Under the pieces are notes generated by a model, which worked only from the letters and a program-made list of their open reading frames with translations, was not told where the DNA came from and searched no databases. A DNA stretch of 60,893 bases, counting the filler. It is 3 parts of 3 records of this genome, joined end to end, with 100 filler letters (N's around TTAATTAATTAA, not from the genome) between each part and the next. Parts side by side here need not be neighbours in the genome. Positions count along the whole stretch, not along the records: positions 24,406 to 42,258 come from SRR20825006_591; 2 more parts are not named here. One strand, 5' to 3'. Both the position numbers and the translations under genes were made by a program. Below, in pieces: positions 27,311 to 37,522 of this stretch; the stretch's first letter is position 1, and every line of letters starts with the position of its first letter.

Positions 27311-28075
27311 CTACTCCGATATGACGATGGTTGAGAGCTGCCGTCCGTAATCCGGCTCATTGCGCAGGCGCGAGCGCCGGTAGCTGAAAAAGTTAGGCTC
27401 GTCCCTACAGGTATCACAATCAAGCCGGTAGAGCTCGCCCAGACCGAGACGGGACAGGCGGGAGGCGCAGTAGTTCGAGAGGTCGAACTGGAAGTGCCCC
27501 TCGCGATTGCCGGCACTGAAGAAGGCGGCGTTGTTCTTGTCCTGCTCGAGGAACGGCTGCGGGAATTCCGGGCCGACCTCGTAGGAGGCCTGACCTATGC
27601 AGGGGCCGACGGCGACCTGGATGTTGTCCGCACGGGCACCGAGTTCGATCATCGCATCGACTGTCGCTTCCATGACGCCGTTCAGCGCGCCGCGCCAGCC
27701 TGCGTGGCAGGCGCCGATGATGCCATCTCCCGGATCGGAGAACAGGACCGGTGTGCAATCCGCCGAGAGGACGCCGAGGGCAATGTTCTTGCGTGCCGTC
27801 ACCATGCCGTCGGCGCGTGGCGGCTCGTCTGGCCGTTCGTCGCTGTCGATGACATGGACGATTGCGGAATGGATCTGGTTGCAGGTGAAGAGAGCCTCGG
27901 CATCGCAATCGAGTGCCGCCATGGTCCGTGCCCGGTTGGCGACGACGGCCTTTCGCGTGTCCCCGGATCCGAGCCCGCAATTGAGCGAGCGGTAGATGCC
28001 CTGACTGACCCCGCCGCGTCTTGTATAGAAAGCGTGGCGGATCTTGTCCGTATTCATCTCGTCAAGTTGGATCAC
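27311..28075 (-). CDS. pgeF: Peptidoglycan editing factor PgeF/YfiH (laccase-domain nucleoside phosphorylase)
   Basis: TRRGGVS, QIHS, ADCTPVL, HAGWRG, GPCIG, FFSYRR. Confidence 0.93.
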   Translation of the reverse strand: MIQLDEMNTDKIRHAFYTRRGGVSQGIYRSLNCGLGSGDTRKAVVANRARTMAALDCDAEALFTCNQIHSAIVHVIDSDERPDEPPRADGMVTARKNIALGVLSADCTPVLFSDPGDGIIGACHAGWRGALNGVMEATVDAMIELGARADNIQVAVGPCIGQASYEVGPEFPQPFLEQDKNNAAFFSAGNREGHFQFDLSNYCASRLSRLGLGELYRLDCDTCRDEPNFFSYRRSRLRNEPDYGRQLSTIVISE

Positions 28076-29202
28076 CTTGAAAAGGCTCCCGTTTCACGCA
28101 TCGACCTGTTTCGTGGCGGGCCGAAACCGGGAAGAGTGTCCATTCCCGGCGCGGTAATCGCCACAGCCTTGAACAGCGTGCCCATTTCGGTGGGCTCGAT
28201 CAAGCGCCGCGCGCCGCTACGGATTGTCGCCGCTTGGGCGGGGGAGGCTTTTTCGACAAGGGCCTGGGCCCGGGCTTCCATGCCAAGCGCGGAGAGGAAT
28301 TGCCCCTGTGTCACGGTGCCGAAGCAGATGCAGCCGCCGGACGCGGCACTTTCCAGCAAAGCGCCGAAATCGACATGGGCGGTCAGATCCGCAGTCCCGG
28401 GCTTCTCCAGCACGTCCACATATTGATGGCCGCGCAGTGCCTGGAAGGTATCGCCGAAAGCGCTTTTGCCGTGTCCGTAATCAAGGAACAGTCCGGCGCC
28501 GCCACAACGGGTAATGTGCCGTGCGATCTGTTCCGTGATCATCCGGCCGTCCACGCAGATCTCGAATATGTCACCCTCTGCGGGTATCAGGGCGGAAGGC
28601 ACCAACCTGATCAGGTCGGTCGGTGCCGGCATATCCGACCAGCCAAGGGCGTCATTCCCGGCATCCCGGACGATGCAGCGCTCCCGCCACGCACCGTCGC
28701 GGTGGATCAGGTGCCGGATGGGCAGGGCATCGAAAAACTCATTGCCGAGAATGAGGGAAGGCTGGTCCGGGAGAGTGTCCAGTGTGTCGTGCCAGACCAT
28801 CTCGATACCGGACAGTGTCTCGCGCTGGAGGGCGCGGAGCCGGGGGCTGGCTTCGACGAGATGGACCTCAATGGCATCGCGGAAGCCCGGCACGATGCGG
28901 GCGGCGCGCAGTGCGTCGGCCATCAGCGTGCCACGGCCGGGACCGCATTCGACCAGCGCGATTTTATCCGGACTGCCTGACTGCTGCCAGACAGCGGCGC
29001 ACCAGAGGCCGATCAGCTCGCCGAAGATCTGGCTGATCTCCGGTGCGGTGATGAAGTCGCCCGCCACTCCGAACGGCTCGCGCGTCGTGTAATAGCCGTG
29101 CTCCGGATGCAGCAGGGCTTCCCGCATATAGCGCGCCACGGTGAGCGGGCCGTCCGTCTCGATCAGGGCCTTCAGATGTGCCGATAGCGGGCTTGCCGTC
29201 AT
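28072..29202 (-). CDS. SAM-dependent methyltransferase, MidA/NDUFAF7 family
   Basis: GYY...GDFITAPEISQIFGE, ECGPGRGTL, NEFFDALP, DLTAHVDF, MGTLFK. Confidence 0.93.
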   Translation of the reverse strand: MTASPLSAHLKALIETDGPLTVARYMREALLHPEHGYYTTREPFGVAGDFITAPEISQIFGELIGLWCAAVWQQSGSPDKIALVECGPGRGTLMADALRAARIVPGFRDAIEVHLVEASPRLRALQRETLSGIEMVWHDTLDTLPDQPSLILGNEFFDALPIRHLIHRDGAWRERCIVRDAGNDALGWSDMPAPTDLIRLVPSALIPAEGDIFEICVDGRMITEQIARHITRCGGAGLFLDYGHGKSAFGDTFQALRGHQYVDVLEKPGTADLTAHVDFGALLESAASGGCICFGTVTQGQFLSALGMEARAQALVEKASPAQAATIRSGARRLIEPTEMGTLFKAVAITAPGMDTLPGFGPPRNRSMRETGAFSR

Positions 29203-30014
29203 GAATTATCCGGGAGCGGAGGACGGCGGAGAGCCCAGATCATCACCCCGACCCCGACCAGGATCATCGGCAGCGAAAGAAGCTGTCCCATGGTCGCGCC
29301 TGCGAACAGGAAGCCGAGTTGCGCATCGGGTTCCCGGAAGAACTCGACGATGAAGCGGGCGGTGCCGTATCCGGCAAAGAACAGGCCGCCGATTGCACCG
29401 GGATAGCGCCTGATATCGGTACGGGCGATCAGCAGGGCAATAAGGGTGAACAGCACCAGACCTTCCAGCGCGGCTTCATAAAGCTGGCTCGGATGCCGGG
29501 GCATGGGGCCGCCATTCGGAAACACCATGGACCAGGGCACATCGGTGGCGCGTCCATAAAGCTCGCCATTGATGAAGTTCGCGATGCGGCCGAAGAACAA
29601 CCCGATCGGTGCTGCCGCCGCCACGATGTCGCCAACCAGGAGCGAGTTGATGCCGCGCCGCCGGGCGAACAGGAACAATCCGGCGAGCGTGCCGAGCATA
29701 CCGCCATGGAAAGCCATGCCGCCTTGCCAGACCATCAGGATCTGCATCGGATTTTCGAGATAGTAGGGGAGGTTGTAGAACAGCACGTAGCCGATGCGGC
29801 CGCCGAGCACCACGCCGAGCGTGGCATAGACCAGCAGATCGTCCAGCGAGGACGGATCCATGAAACGTGGTGTGCGGCGGCACAGATGCACGCAATAGCG
29901 CCAGCCGAGGATCAGACCGGCTATGTAGGCGAGGGCGTACCAGCGGACGGCGAACGGTCCGACGGAAAAGATCACCGGATCGATATTCGGGAAAGGCAGG
30001 CCAGCCTGCTCCAT
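29199..30014 (-). CDS. lgt: Prolipoprotein diacylglyceryl transferase
   Basis: GGRIGYVLFY, GGMAFHGG, GRIANFINGELYGR, RHPSQLYEA, EFFREPD. Confidence 0.97.
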   Translation of the reverse strand: MEQAGLPFPNIDPVIFSVGPFAVRWYALAYIAGLILGWRYCVHLCRRTPRFMDPSSLDDLLVYATLGVVLGGRIGYVLFYNLPYYLENPMQILMVWQGGMAFHGGMLGTLAGLFLFARRRGINSLLVGDIVAAAAPIGLFFGRIANFINGELYGRATDVPWSMVFPNGGPMPRHPSQLYEAALEGLVLFTLIALLIARTDIRRYPGAIGGLFFAGYGTARFIVEFFREPDAQLGFLFAGATMGQLLSLPMILVGVGVMIWALRRPPLPDNS

Positions 30015-30031
30015 AAGGGACGCTCCAGCGA

Positions 30032-31024
30032 TCAGCGGTAGGGATCTTCAGTGTCGAGATAGTCCTGAACGTAGCACCGAATGCCTTCTTCAAGCGGGGT
30101 GAACTGGCCGGGATACCCGGCATCCCGCAGCTTCTCCATGCGCGCTTCGGTGAAATACTGGTAGCGGTCCCGGATCTCCACCGGCGTATCGACGAAATCG
30201 ATGCGCGGGTCCTTGCCGAGAGCGACATAGACCGCGCGGGCGAGATCGGCGAACGAACGGGCCTGGCCGGTACCGAGATTGAACAGGCCGGAGACATCCG
30301 GCGTGTCGTGCAGCCAGATCATCACGTCGACACAATCGCCGACCCAGACGAAATCGCGGAGCTGGCCGCCATCCTCGTAATCCGGGTTGTGGGAGCGGAA
30401 CAGCGTCGCCGGCAGGTTGGCGGCCGCGCGCGGGTAGATCTGCGCCACCACGCTTTGCTGGCCGCCCTTATGGGATTCATTAGGGCCGTAGACATTGAAG
30501 AACTTGAGCCCGGCCCATTGTTTCGGCGTCTTGCGTCCCTCGGCAACCAGGCGGGCGATCCGGCGGTCGAACAGATGCTTGCTCCAGCCATAGGGATTGA
30601 GCGGCTGCAGTCCGGCGAGGCCGTCGATGCTGGCATCGTCCTCGAAACCCTCGCTACCGTCGCCATAGGTAGCGGCGGACGAGGCGTAGATCAGTCTTGC
30701 GTCATTCTCGGCGCACCATGTCCACAGATCGACGGAGGTGCGGAAATTCTGTTTCACGATGAAATCGGCATCGCGTTCGGTGGTGGAGGAGCTGGCACCA
30801 AGATGAAACACGGTCTCGACCACGTCCTTGTGCCTGTCGAGAAAGTCGAACAGATCCTCGGGCGGGATGATGTCGGCCAACTCGCGCTTTGCAATGTTGC
30901 GCCACTTCTCTCCGGCACCGAGCGTGTCGCAGACCACGATGTCCCGCGCCAGATCCTCGCGTTCGCTGAGGGCGGCGACCAGGTTGGATCCGATAAATCC
31001 GGCGCCGCCTGTAACGACAATCAT
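30032..31024 (-). CDS. hldD: ADP-L-glycero-D-manno-heptose 6-epimerase
   Basis: MIVVTGGAGFIGSNLV, YASSAATYG, PLNPYGWSK, FFNVYGPNESHKG, RDFVWV, YQYFTEA. Confidence 0.95.
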   Translation of the reverse strand: MIVVTGGAGFIGSNLVAALSEREDLARDIVVCDTLGAGEKWRNIAKRELADIIPPEDLFDFLDRHKDVVETVFHLGASSSTTERDADFIVKQNFRTSVDLWTWCAENDARLIYASSAATYGDGSEGFEDDASIDGLAGLQPLNPYGWSKHLFDRRIARLVAEGRKTPKQWAGLKFFNVYGPNESHKGGQQSVVAQIYPRAAANLPATLFRSHNPDYEDGGQLRDFVWVGDCVDVMIWLHDTPDVSGLFNLGTGQARSFADLARAVYVALGKDPRIDFVDTPVEIRDRYQYFTEARMEKLRDAGYPGQFTPLEEGIRCYVQDYLDTEDPYR

Positions 31025-31180
31025 GCTCGTTCCTCCGATCCTAACTCTATATGGATGTTTCTCGCCCGACGCGGATTGCTTTCGCAAGCTCGAAAGTAGT
31101 AGGTCTGGGGACGGACGCTGCTTGTGCCCCGAGGATTTGCCCAATATCCGGCAGCCGGGCCAGACCAGGAGGAGCCGCCG

Positions 31181-31528
31181 ATGCAGACGAATAACAGATT
31201 TTTCGATGACATCGCCAAGATGGCGAACGGCGCCATGTCCGCCGCCGCCGGTGTCCGCGAGGAGATGGAGCAGCTGATTCGTCAGCAGTTCGAGCGCTAT
31301 CTCGGTGAGCACGATCTTGTGACTTACGAGGAATTTGCGGCCGTTCGCGAACAGGCGAGCAAGGCGCGCTCCGAACAGGAAGCGCTTGCGGAACGTGTTG
31401 CAATGCTTGAAAAGGAGCTCGCAAGCCTAAAGGAGGCCAAGGCGAAGACCACGCGCCGGGCACCAAAGCAGGCAAAAACAACGACTTCCGCCAAATCCGC
31501 TGCGCCGGATACGGCACAGAATAAATAA
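31181..31528 (+). CDS. ubiK: Accessory factor UbiK / BMFP family protein
   Basis: MQTNNRFFDDIAKMANGA...DLVTYEEF, followed by coiled coil and basic tail. Confidence 0.8.
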   Translation: MQTNNRFFDDIAKMANGAMSAAAGVREEMEQLIRQQFERYLGEHDLVTYEEFAAVREQASKARSEQEALAERVAMLEKELASLKEAKAKTTRRAPKQAKTTTSAKSAAPDTAQNK

Positions 31529-31757
31529 GCCGCTGTTTTGTAAAGAAAACTAAATAGACCAATATTTCGGACGCGACCCACGAAATATAGGTTGATCGCG
31601 GGTTTCGCATTTGAGAGGCTACTTCTCGTGGTACTTGGCGATTGGTATCACGCTAGATCTAGTCAGGCTGTTAATCGCGGTCTGACGGACCAAGCTTCCC
31701 TGTCTACGATCGTCCCGGAGCGCCGGACAGCGCACCTCTCAGAGGGGGTTTGATAGT

Positions 31758-32261
31758 ATGTCTCTGACTTACGTCGAAACGGTTGAAGTTCCCCGTAATC
31801 CGTTAGACCTGATGGAGGAAATTGTCGGAGCCAATGATTGGGCTCACGAGCGTGCAAGCACAGACGAGCTTGCCGTCGAAATCCAAGGCCGCTGGGCTGA
31901 CTACCGGCTCTTTTTCCTCTGGCAGGAGGATATGGGAGCGCTTCACTTCTCGTGCATTTTCGAAAGCCGGGTTCCGGTCGAGAAACGGCGCGAGGTCCAT
32001 TCCCTGCTTGCAATGATCAACGAGAAACTCTGGCTCGGTCATTTCGACCTCTCCACCGAAGACGGAACACCGATGTTTCGTCAAACCTGTCTGCTGCGTG
32101 GCGCGCATTCCGCGAGCGTCGAGCAGCTTGAGGATCTGGTGGATGTCGCCCTGACCGAATGCGAGCGCTTCTTCCCTGCGTTCCAGTTCGTCATCTGGGG
32201 CGGAAAATCGGCGGAAGAGGCGATGCAGGCCTCCCTGCTGGATGTTGTCGGAGAAGCTTGA
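31758..32261 (+). CDS. YbjN-domain protein (DUF1790-like)
   Basis: NPLDLMEE, INEKLWLGHFD, ECERFFPAFQFVIWGG; typical position upstream of proC. Confidence 0.85.
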   Translation: MSLTYVETVEVPRNPLDLMEEIVGANDWAHERASTDELAVEIQGRWADYRLFFLWQEDMGALHFSCIFESRVPVEKRREVHSLLAMINEKLWLGHFDLSTEDGTPMFRQTCLLRGAHSASVEQLEDLVDVALTECERFFPAFQFVIWGGKSAEEAMQASLLDVVGEA

Positions 32262-32268
32262 CCTTCCA

Positions 32269-33081
32269 ATGAACAAATCTCTCCTGCTGCTTGGATGCGG
32301 CAAAATGGGCGGCGCCCTTCTTCAAGGCTGGCTTGAAAAAGGCTACGCCGCTCATGGCATCTGCGTGATCGAACATTCCGAAGCCGCGACGGCTCAGTTT
32401 GATGGCATCGACGGTGTGACTGTCGTCCGGGATATCTCGGACGTTCCGGAGGATTTCCATCCGGGAATGGTCATGCTGGCGCTCAAGCCACAAATGATGG
32501 ACGCGGCGGCACCGCTGGCCCGCTATGCCGGTCCGGAAACGGCTTTCCTGTCGATCGCGGCGGGCAAGACCATCCAGTATTTCGAAAGCCTGCTCGGCTC
32601 CGATGCGGCGATTATCCGCTCCATGCCGAATACCCCGGCTGCGGTCGGGCGCGGGATCACCGCCTATGTCGGCAACAATGCCGCCAGTCAGGCGCAGATG
32701 AACCTGGCTGGTGATCTGCTGTCCGCTGTCGGTGAAGCGCTGGAGGTCCCGGAAGAGGGAATGCTCGACGCGGTGACAGCGGTTTCCGGCAGTGGCCCCG
32801 CCTATGTGTTTTATGTCATCGAGGTGATGGCGGCGGCTGGCGAGAAACTTGGCCTGCCGGCCGATCTCGCCATGCGCCTTGCATCGGCCACGGTGTCCGG
32901 CGCTGGGGAGCTTGCACGGCAATCCTCCGAGCCGGCGGCGCAGCTTCGGCAGAATGTCACCAGTCCCGGCGGAACCACAGCCGAAGCACTGAAAGTGCTG
33001 ATGGCGGATGACGGTATTGGTCCGGTCTTCGAAAAAGCGCTGAAAGCAGCGGCGGACCGGTCGCGGGAGCTTGCCGGGTAG
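32269..33081 (+). CDS. proC: Pyrroline-5-carboxylate reductase
   Basis: GCGKMG, SIAAG, RSMPNTPA, TAVSGSGPAY, NVTSPGGTT. Confidence 0.96.
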   Translation: MNKSLLLLGCGKMGGALLQGWLEKGYAAHGICVIEHSEAATAQFDGIDGVTVVRDISDVPEDFHPGMVMLALKPQMMDAAAPLARYAGPETAFLSIAAGKTIQYFESLLGSDAAIIRSMPNTPAAVGRGITAYVGNNAASQAQMNLAGDLLSAVGEALEVPEEGMLDAVTAVSGSGPAYVFYVIEVMAAAGEKLGLPADLAMRLASATVSGAGELARQSSEPAAQLRQNVTSPGGTTAEALKVLMADDGIGPVFEKALKAAADRSRELAG

Positions 33082-33146
33082 GCTGTTCCCTTGCTCCCTG
33101 TTCTTGAAGACCCATATCGTGGAGGTACACACGATATGGATGAGCC

Positions 33147-33761
33147 ATGGCACCGGCGGACAGCGAGACGATCCTCGATAAAGTCCTGGAGATAGCAGGC
33201 GATAAAGGCTGGACCGGGTTGACCATGGAGATGGTTGCCGAGGGCGCCGGGGTGCCGCTTGCCGATCTGATCCGGGCCTACCCCCGCAAATCCACCATAC
33301 TGAACGCCCTGGCGGACCGGTTTGAGCAACTTGCCGAAGTGGCCACGGATCCGGAGGCTTGCGACCCGTCCCTGCCTGTGCCGGAGCGACTCTTTGACGC
33401 AATCATGACGCGCTTCGAGCTGATGCAGGAGCATCGCGACGGCTATGTCGCGATCATCGGCGCGGCGCGCCGGGATCCCTGCATGGCCTTGACCGGAGCA
33501 ACCCGGCTACAGCCCGCAATGGGAATAATCCTGCGCCAGACCGGTCTTGAAGGCAGGGGCCTCTCCGGGGTTCTGCGCCGCAAGGTGTTGAGCCTGCTCT
33601 ATCTTTCTGTTCTTCAGGTATGGCTGAAGGATGAGAGCGAGGATCTTGGCCCGACCATGGCGGCACTGGACAAACGGTTGAGGCAGCTTGATGAGATCGT
33701 GATGGCTACGCCTTTCAGGGGAAAAACGCGGCGGAGTGAGGATTCGAAAGCCGGTGCATGA
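33147..33761 (+). CDS. TetR/AcrR-like regulator
   Basis: N-terminal HTH-like GWTGLTMEMVAEGAGV; ERLFDAIMTRF; DLGPTMAALDKRL. Confidence 0.7.
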   Translation: MAPADSETILDKVLEIAGDKGWTGLTMEMVAEGAGVPLADLIRAYPRKSTILNALADRFEQLAEVATDPEACDPSLPVPERLFDAIMTRFELMQEHRDGYVAIIGAARRDPCMALTGATRLQPAMGIILRQTGLEGRGLSGVLRRKVLSLLYLSVLQVWLKDESEDLGPTMAALDKRLRQLDEIVMATPFRGKTRRSEDSKAGA

Positions 33762-33770
33762 GTGTTTTGT

Positions 33771-33858
33771 TGCAGTGCAGCATAAGGCTTGACATTTTCC
33801 TCAAATACCCCGATATCAATGGTGATGATGCGTTGCAACATAACGCTGCACCGCAGGA
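33771..33858 (+). promoter_or_regulatory. Phasin promoter with three PhaR-type boxes (TGC-N3-GCA)
   Basis: TGCAGTGCAGCA 33771-33782, TGCGTTGCAACA 33829-33840, TGCACCGCAGGA 33847-33858; TTGACA -35 at 33789-33794. Confidence 0.75.
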
Positions 33859-33925
33859 AACAACCAGCGTATTCCGGCCTGAACGGTTCGCGTAATACGT
33901 GGTCAAAAAATTACGGAGACGTTCA

Positions 33926-34351
33926 ATGGCCAAGCAGGAAAACCCCTTCATCAATCTCGATTTCCAGAAAATGATGACGGATTTCAAAATGCCGGGCATC
34001 GATGCAGACGCGCTGATGAATGCGCAGCAGAAGAATATTGAAGCCATCGCCAGCGCCAATCAGCTGGCCGTGGAAGGCATGCAGGCTATTGGCAAGCGTC
34101 AGGCCGAACTCTTCCAGCAGGCTGTCGAGGAGTCCCAGAAGACTCTCGGTGAGCTGATGACGCAGGGTGCGCCGGAAGACCGTATTGCCAAGCAGGCCGA
34201 GACCGTGAAAACCACGATCGAGCGTACGGTGACGAACCTCCGTGAGATTTCCGAGATGCTCGCGAAGTCGAACCAGGAAGCTTTCGAAGTGATCAACAAG
34301 CGGATCACCGAAAGCCTCGAAGAAGTTCAGTCCCTCGCCGGCAAGAAATAA
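33926..34351 (+). CDS. phaP: Phasin (PHA granule-associated protein)
   Basis: DFKMPGIDADALMNAQQKNIEAIASANQLAVEGMQAIGKRQAE...KSNQEAFEVINKRITESLEE. Confidence 0.9.
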   Translation: MAKQENPFINLDFQKMMTDFKMPGIDADALMNAQQKNIEAIASANQLAVEGMQAIGKRQAELFQQAVEESQKTLGELMTQGAPEDRIAKQAETVKTTIERTVTNLREISEMLAKSNQEAFEVINKRITESLEEVQSLAGKK

Positions 34352-34372
34352 GCTTTCCCCCGAGAGAGTGCG

Positions 34373-34415
34373 AAGAGCCGTCGGAGCCTCTGGTTCCGGC
34401 GGCTTTTTGTTTTTT
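34373..34415 (+). terminator. Rho-independent terminator of phasin gene
   Basis: GAGCCGTCGGAGCC-TCT-GGTTCCGGCGGCTT followed by a T tract. Confidence 0.8.
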
Positions 34416-34487
34416 CGGGCCGGGTAAAACCCACTTCACGGCATAGGAATGAACGCATAAGGTCCGCTTCCGAACAGGGAGCTACTT

Positions 34488-34823
34488 ATGACCATCGAAT
34501 TTTCCGATTTTCAAAAAGTTGAAATCCGCGTCGGCACCGTGACCGATGCCCAGCCCTACCCGGAGGCGCGCAAGCCGGCGATCAAACTCTGGATCGATTT
34601 CGGACCGGAGATTGGCGAACGGAAGACGTCAGCGCAGATCACCAAGCACTACACGCCGGAAGGCATGAAGGGCAAACAGGTGGCTGCCGTCGTGAACTTT
34701 CCGCCGAAACAGATCGGCAAGTTCATGAGCGAATGTCTGGTCGTCGGGTTCCCGGACGAGGACGGCGAAGTTGTGCTGCTCAGCCCGACGCTGACCGTCC
34801 CGAACGGCGGCCGTCTTTATTAG
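34488..34823 (+). CDS. csaA: tRNA-binding / secretion chaperone CsaA
   Basis: [37 protein letters not shown]. Confidence 0.92.
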   Translation: MTIEFSDFQKVEIRVGTVTDAQPYPEARKPAIKLWIDFGPEIGERKTSAQITKHYTPEGMKGKQVAAVVNFPPKQIGKFMSECLVVGFPDEDGEVVLLSPTLTVPNGGRLY

Positions 34824-36181
34824 ACCGGCATCCGGATCCGCACTCGAAGGCCGCCGAGCGGCGAGTCTTCCAGGCCGATTTCGCCGCCATGGCTGTGCAC
34901 GATATCCCGGGCAATGGTCAGGCCCAGACCTGTGCCGCCTGTCTCCGGGTTCCGTGAGGGATCGCCGCGATAGAAGGGTTTGAAGACGCGCCCGCGTTCG
35001 GCTTCCGGAATGCCCGGCCCATCGTCATCAACGAAAATCTCATAGGCGACGTCGGACGCATCCAGTGTGATGCGGACGGTCTTCGCGTACCGGCGCGCGT
35101 TGGAGACCAGATTGGTGAGCGCCCGCTTCAGGGATTGCGGTTTCATCTCGACCGGCGGCAGCGGTTTCCCGATCATTTCCAGCTCAAGCGTCATGCCGCC
35201 GCGCCGCTCGCCGATGGCGAAGTCGGCAACCAGAGCTTTGACGTCCGTCGTGACGGCGGCCTCCGTTCCCTCACCGCGGGCAAAGGCGAGATAGCCTTCG
35301 ACCATCCGCTCCATGTCCTGCACGTCGGCCTGGAGCTCCTGAACGGCCTTGTCCTCGCCGAGCATGGCGAGTTGCAGCTTCATCCGGGTGAGCGGCGTGC
35401 GCAGGTCGTGCGAGACACCGCTCAGCATGTCGGTGCGCTGTTTGATCTGGCGCCGGATCCGGGCCCGCATCTGCTGGAAGGCTTCGGCGGCCTGCCGGAC
35501 TTCGTGCGCGCCTTCCGGCTTGAAGTTGGTGACCTCGCGTCCGAGGCCGAAGGCCCGGGCGGCGATGGCGAGTCTTCGGATCGGCCGGATCTGGTTGCGC
35601 ATGAAGATCAGCGCGATGGCGAACAGGATCAGGGCACTGCCCAGCATCCACATGACGAAGATATAGGTGGTCGAGGTGTAGAGGCGTTTTTCATGCGCGA
35701 GCACTTCGAGAACGCCATCCGAAATCTGCACGGTGATGGCGATCTGCCTGTCGCCCGCTTCGGTGTCGATCATGAAGGGGCGGCGTACCTGCTCGGTCAT
35801 GGCATGGCGCATCTGGCGCAATGTGGGGTCAAAAATGGTTACGGTGCCGCGGTTTTCCAGAATGGCGCCCGACCGGTAGGTGACGATCAGGCCAAGGTGA
35901 TTGCGGGAAAGCCGGTCGATCCGGGCCAGGGAGGCCGGGCTGGAATCCGCTTCGATTTCCGTGACGATCAGGGCGATGTCCCCGGCAAGCGAGGTTGCAA
36001 GCCGCCGCACCATCGTATCCCAGTGCCGATCATAGAAAACAAAGGTCGAGATCGCCTGCATCAGGATCAGCGGTGTCAGGAAAATCGCCAGCGCCCGTCC
36101 GAACAGGGTCTTCGGCATGCGGCGCTTCAGCCAGGATCGGCGCTTGGTCTGTGGAGCGTTTTCGGCAAGGGTTGCCATCAA
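34820..36181 (-). CDS. EnvZ-like sensor histidine kinase
   Basis: Two TM segments, HAMP, H-box [24 protein letters not shown]. Confidence 0.93.
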   Translation of the reverse strand: MMATLAENAPQTKRRSWLKRRMPKTLFGRALAIFLTPLILMQAISTFVFYDRHWDTMVRRLATSLAGDIALIVTEIEADSSPASLARIDRLSRNHLGLIVTYRSGAILENRGTVTIFDPTLRQMRHAMTEQVRRPFMIDTEAGDRQIAITVQISDGVLEVLAHEKRLYTSTTYIFVMWMLGSALILFAIALIFMRNQIRPIRRLAIAARAFGLGREVTNFKPEGAHEVRQAAEAFQQMRARIRRQIKQRTDMLSGVSHDLRTPLTRMKLQLAMLGEDKAVQELQADVQDMERMVEGYLAFARGEGTEAAVTTDVKALVADFAIGERRGGMTLELEMIGKPLPPVEMKPQSLKRALTNLVSNARRYAKTVRITLDASDVAYEIFVDDDGPGIPEAERGRVFKPFYRGDPSRNPETGGTGLGLTIARDIVHSHGGEIGLEDSPLGGLRVRIRMPV

Positions 36182-36281
36182 TCGGATGCCGTTCTCTGTG
36201 TTGGCGTTCAGGCCCGCTACATGGGGGATATGGTAGGATAAATCAGCTCGTACCGATAGCGGTGCGCGTCAGGGGAGTGGC

Positions 36282-37001
36282 TCAGCCGTCGCTGGTATTC
36301 GCTTTCAGAACATAGCCCTTGCCGCGCACGGTTTGCAGGAAGCGCGGGAATTTCGGATCTTTCTCGATTTTCCGGCGCAGCCGGTTGATCTGTACGTCGA
36401 CGGTGCGCTCGTGCCCGTTCACCGCGTTGCGGGCGACCAGGTCTTCCCGGCTCAGCGTGCGGCCCGGCGTTTGGGCAAAGCAGCCAAGGAGCACGGCTTC
36501 CGACTCGGTCAGGTGCACCACGCGATCCTCCTTGCTCAACTCGGCCGCTGTCCTGTCATAGACATAGGGGCCAAAGGTGACGCGTGACGGCATGTCCGAC
36601 ATGACCGGGGCTGTGCGGGTGCGGCGCAGGATCGTACGGATGCGCAATAAAAGTTCGCGTGGCTCGAACGGCTTCGTCAGATAGTCGTCGGCCCCGGTCT
36701 CCAACCCCTCTATGCGGTTCTCCATCTCGCCCATGGCGGTGAGCAGCAGGATCGGCAGGTCACGGGTCTGGCGCATGGAACGGGTCAGCTCGAAGCCGGT
36801 TTCTCCGGGCATCATGACATCCAGGACGATCAGGTCGTAATCGATCGCCGCCAGCTTGCGCCGGGCATCGGCGGCATCGCCCGCAGCGGTTATGCGGAAC
36901 CCGTTCTCGCTCAGGAAGCGGGTCAGCAGATCGCGCAGCCGGCTGTCATCATCGACGACAAGAATATGGGGCTGATCATCGCCGTCCATCCGGATGCTCA
37001 T
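36282..37001 (-). CDS. OmpR-family response regulator (PetR-like)
   Basis: ILVVDDD, LDVMMPG, GADDYLTKPF, ERTVDVQINRLRRKIE, QTVRGKGY. Confidence 0.94.
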   Translation of the reverse strand: MSIRMDGDDQPHILVVDDDSRLRDLLTRFLSENGFRITAAGDAADARRKLAAIDYDLIVLDVMMPGETGFELTRSMRQTRDLPILLLTAMGEMENRIEGLETGADDYLTKPFEPRELLLRIRTILRRTRTAPVMSDMPSRVTFGPYVYDRTAAELSKEDRVVHLTESEAVLLGCFAQTPGRTLSREDLVARNAVNGHERTVDVQINRLRRKIEKDPKFPRFLQTVRGKGYVLKANTSDG

Positions 37002-37516
37002 CCTTTGCTGCGGCGTTGCGCCGGCATGGCGGGCGTGACGATCTCGAAACGTTCCTGGTCGCCGGGATCGATGATGCCGCGCATGACCTCGCGGAATCCC
37101 TGAACGGCTTCCGCCCCCGCGGCGCGGTAGGCACGGGCGATGCGCTTGCGCTGGTTCTCCGTCAGCCGGTGCTCGAGATGGACGCCTTTTTCGGTCAGGG
37201 TCAGCAGCTTCTTGCGCCGGTCTCCCTGATCCGTCGTCTGGTCGATATAGCCCTCATTGACGAGCTGGCTGAGAACCCGGGAAAGGCTCTGTTTTGTGAT
37301 CTTCAGGATCTTCAGCAGGTCGGTAACGGTGATTCTGGGATTACGCCCGACGAAGTAGATGACCCGGTGATGGGCCCGTCCGAGATCGATCTCCGCAAGA
37401 ATGGCGTCCGGCTCACCCGTGAAGTCCCGATAGGCAAAGAACAGCATTTCGATGCCTTGCCTGAGTTCCTCCTCCCGCAGGAAAAGCGGATTGGCCATGC
37501 TTTTTACGTCAACCAT
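36998..37516 (-). CDS. MarR family regulator (PetP-like)
   Basis: LFFAYRDFT, GRAHHR, ITKQSLSRVL, DRRK; alternative start ATG 37498. Confidence 0.9.
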   Translation of the reverse strand: MVDVKSMANPLFLREEELRQGIEMLFFAYRDFTGEPDAILAEIDLGRAHHRVIYFVGRNPRITVTDLLKILKITKQSLSRVLSQLVNEGYIDQTTDQGDRRKKLLTLTEKGVHLEHRLTENQRKRIARAYRAAGAEAVQGFREVMRGIIDPGDQERFEIVTPAMPAQRRSKG

Positions 37517-37522
37517 GTTGAC
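37508..37522. promoter_or_regulatory. Palindromic operator, probably for the adjacent MarR
   Basis: GTCAAC-CAT-GTTGAC perfect dyad; extra GTCAAC half-site at 37585-37590. Confidence 0.55.

Noticed and set aside
31025-31312. N-terminal extension of hldD
   Set aside because: Overlaps ubiK on the opposite strand; canonical MIVVTGGAG start with RBS is at 31024
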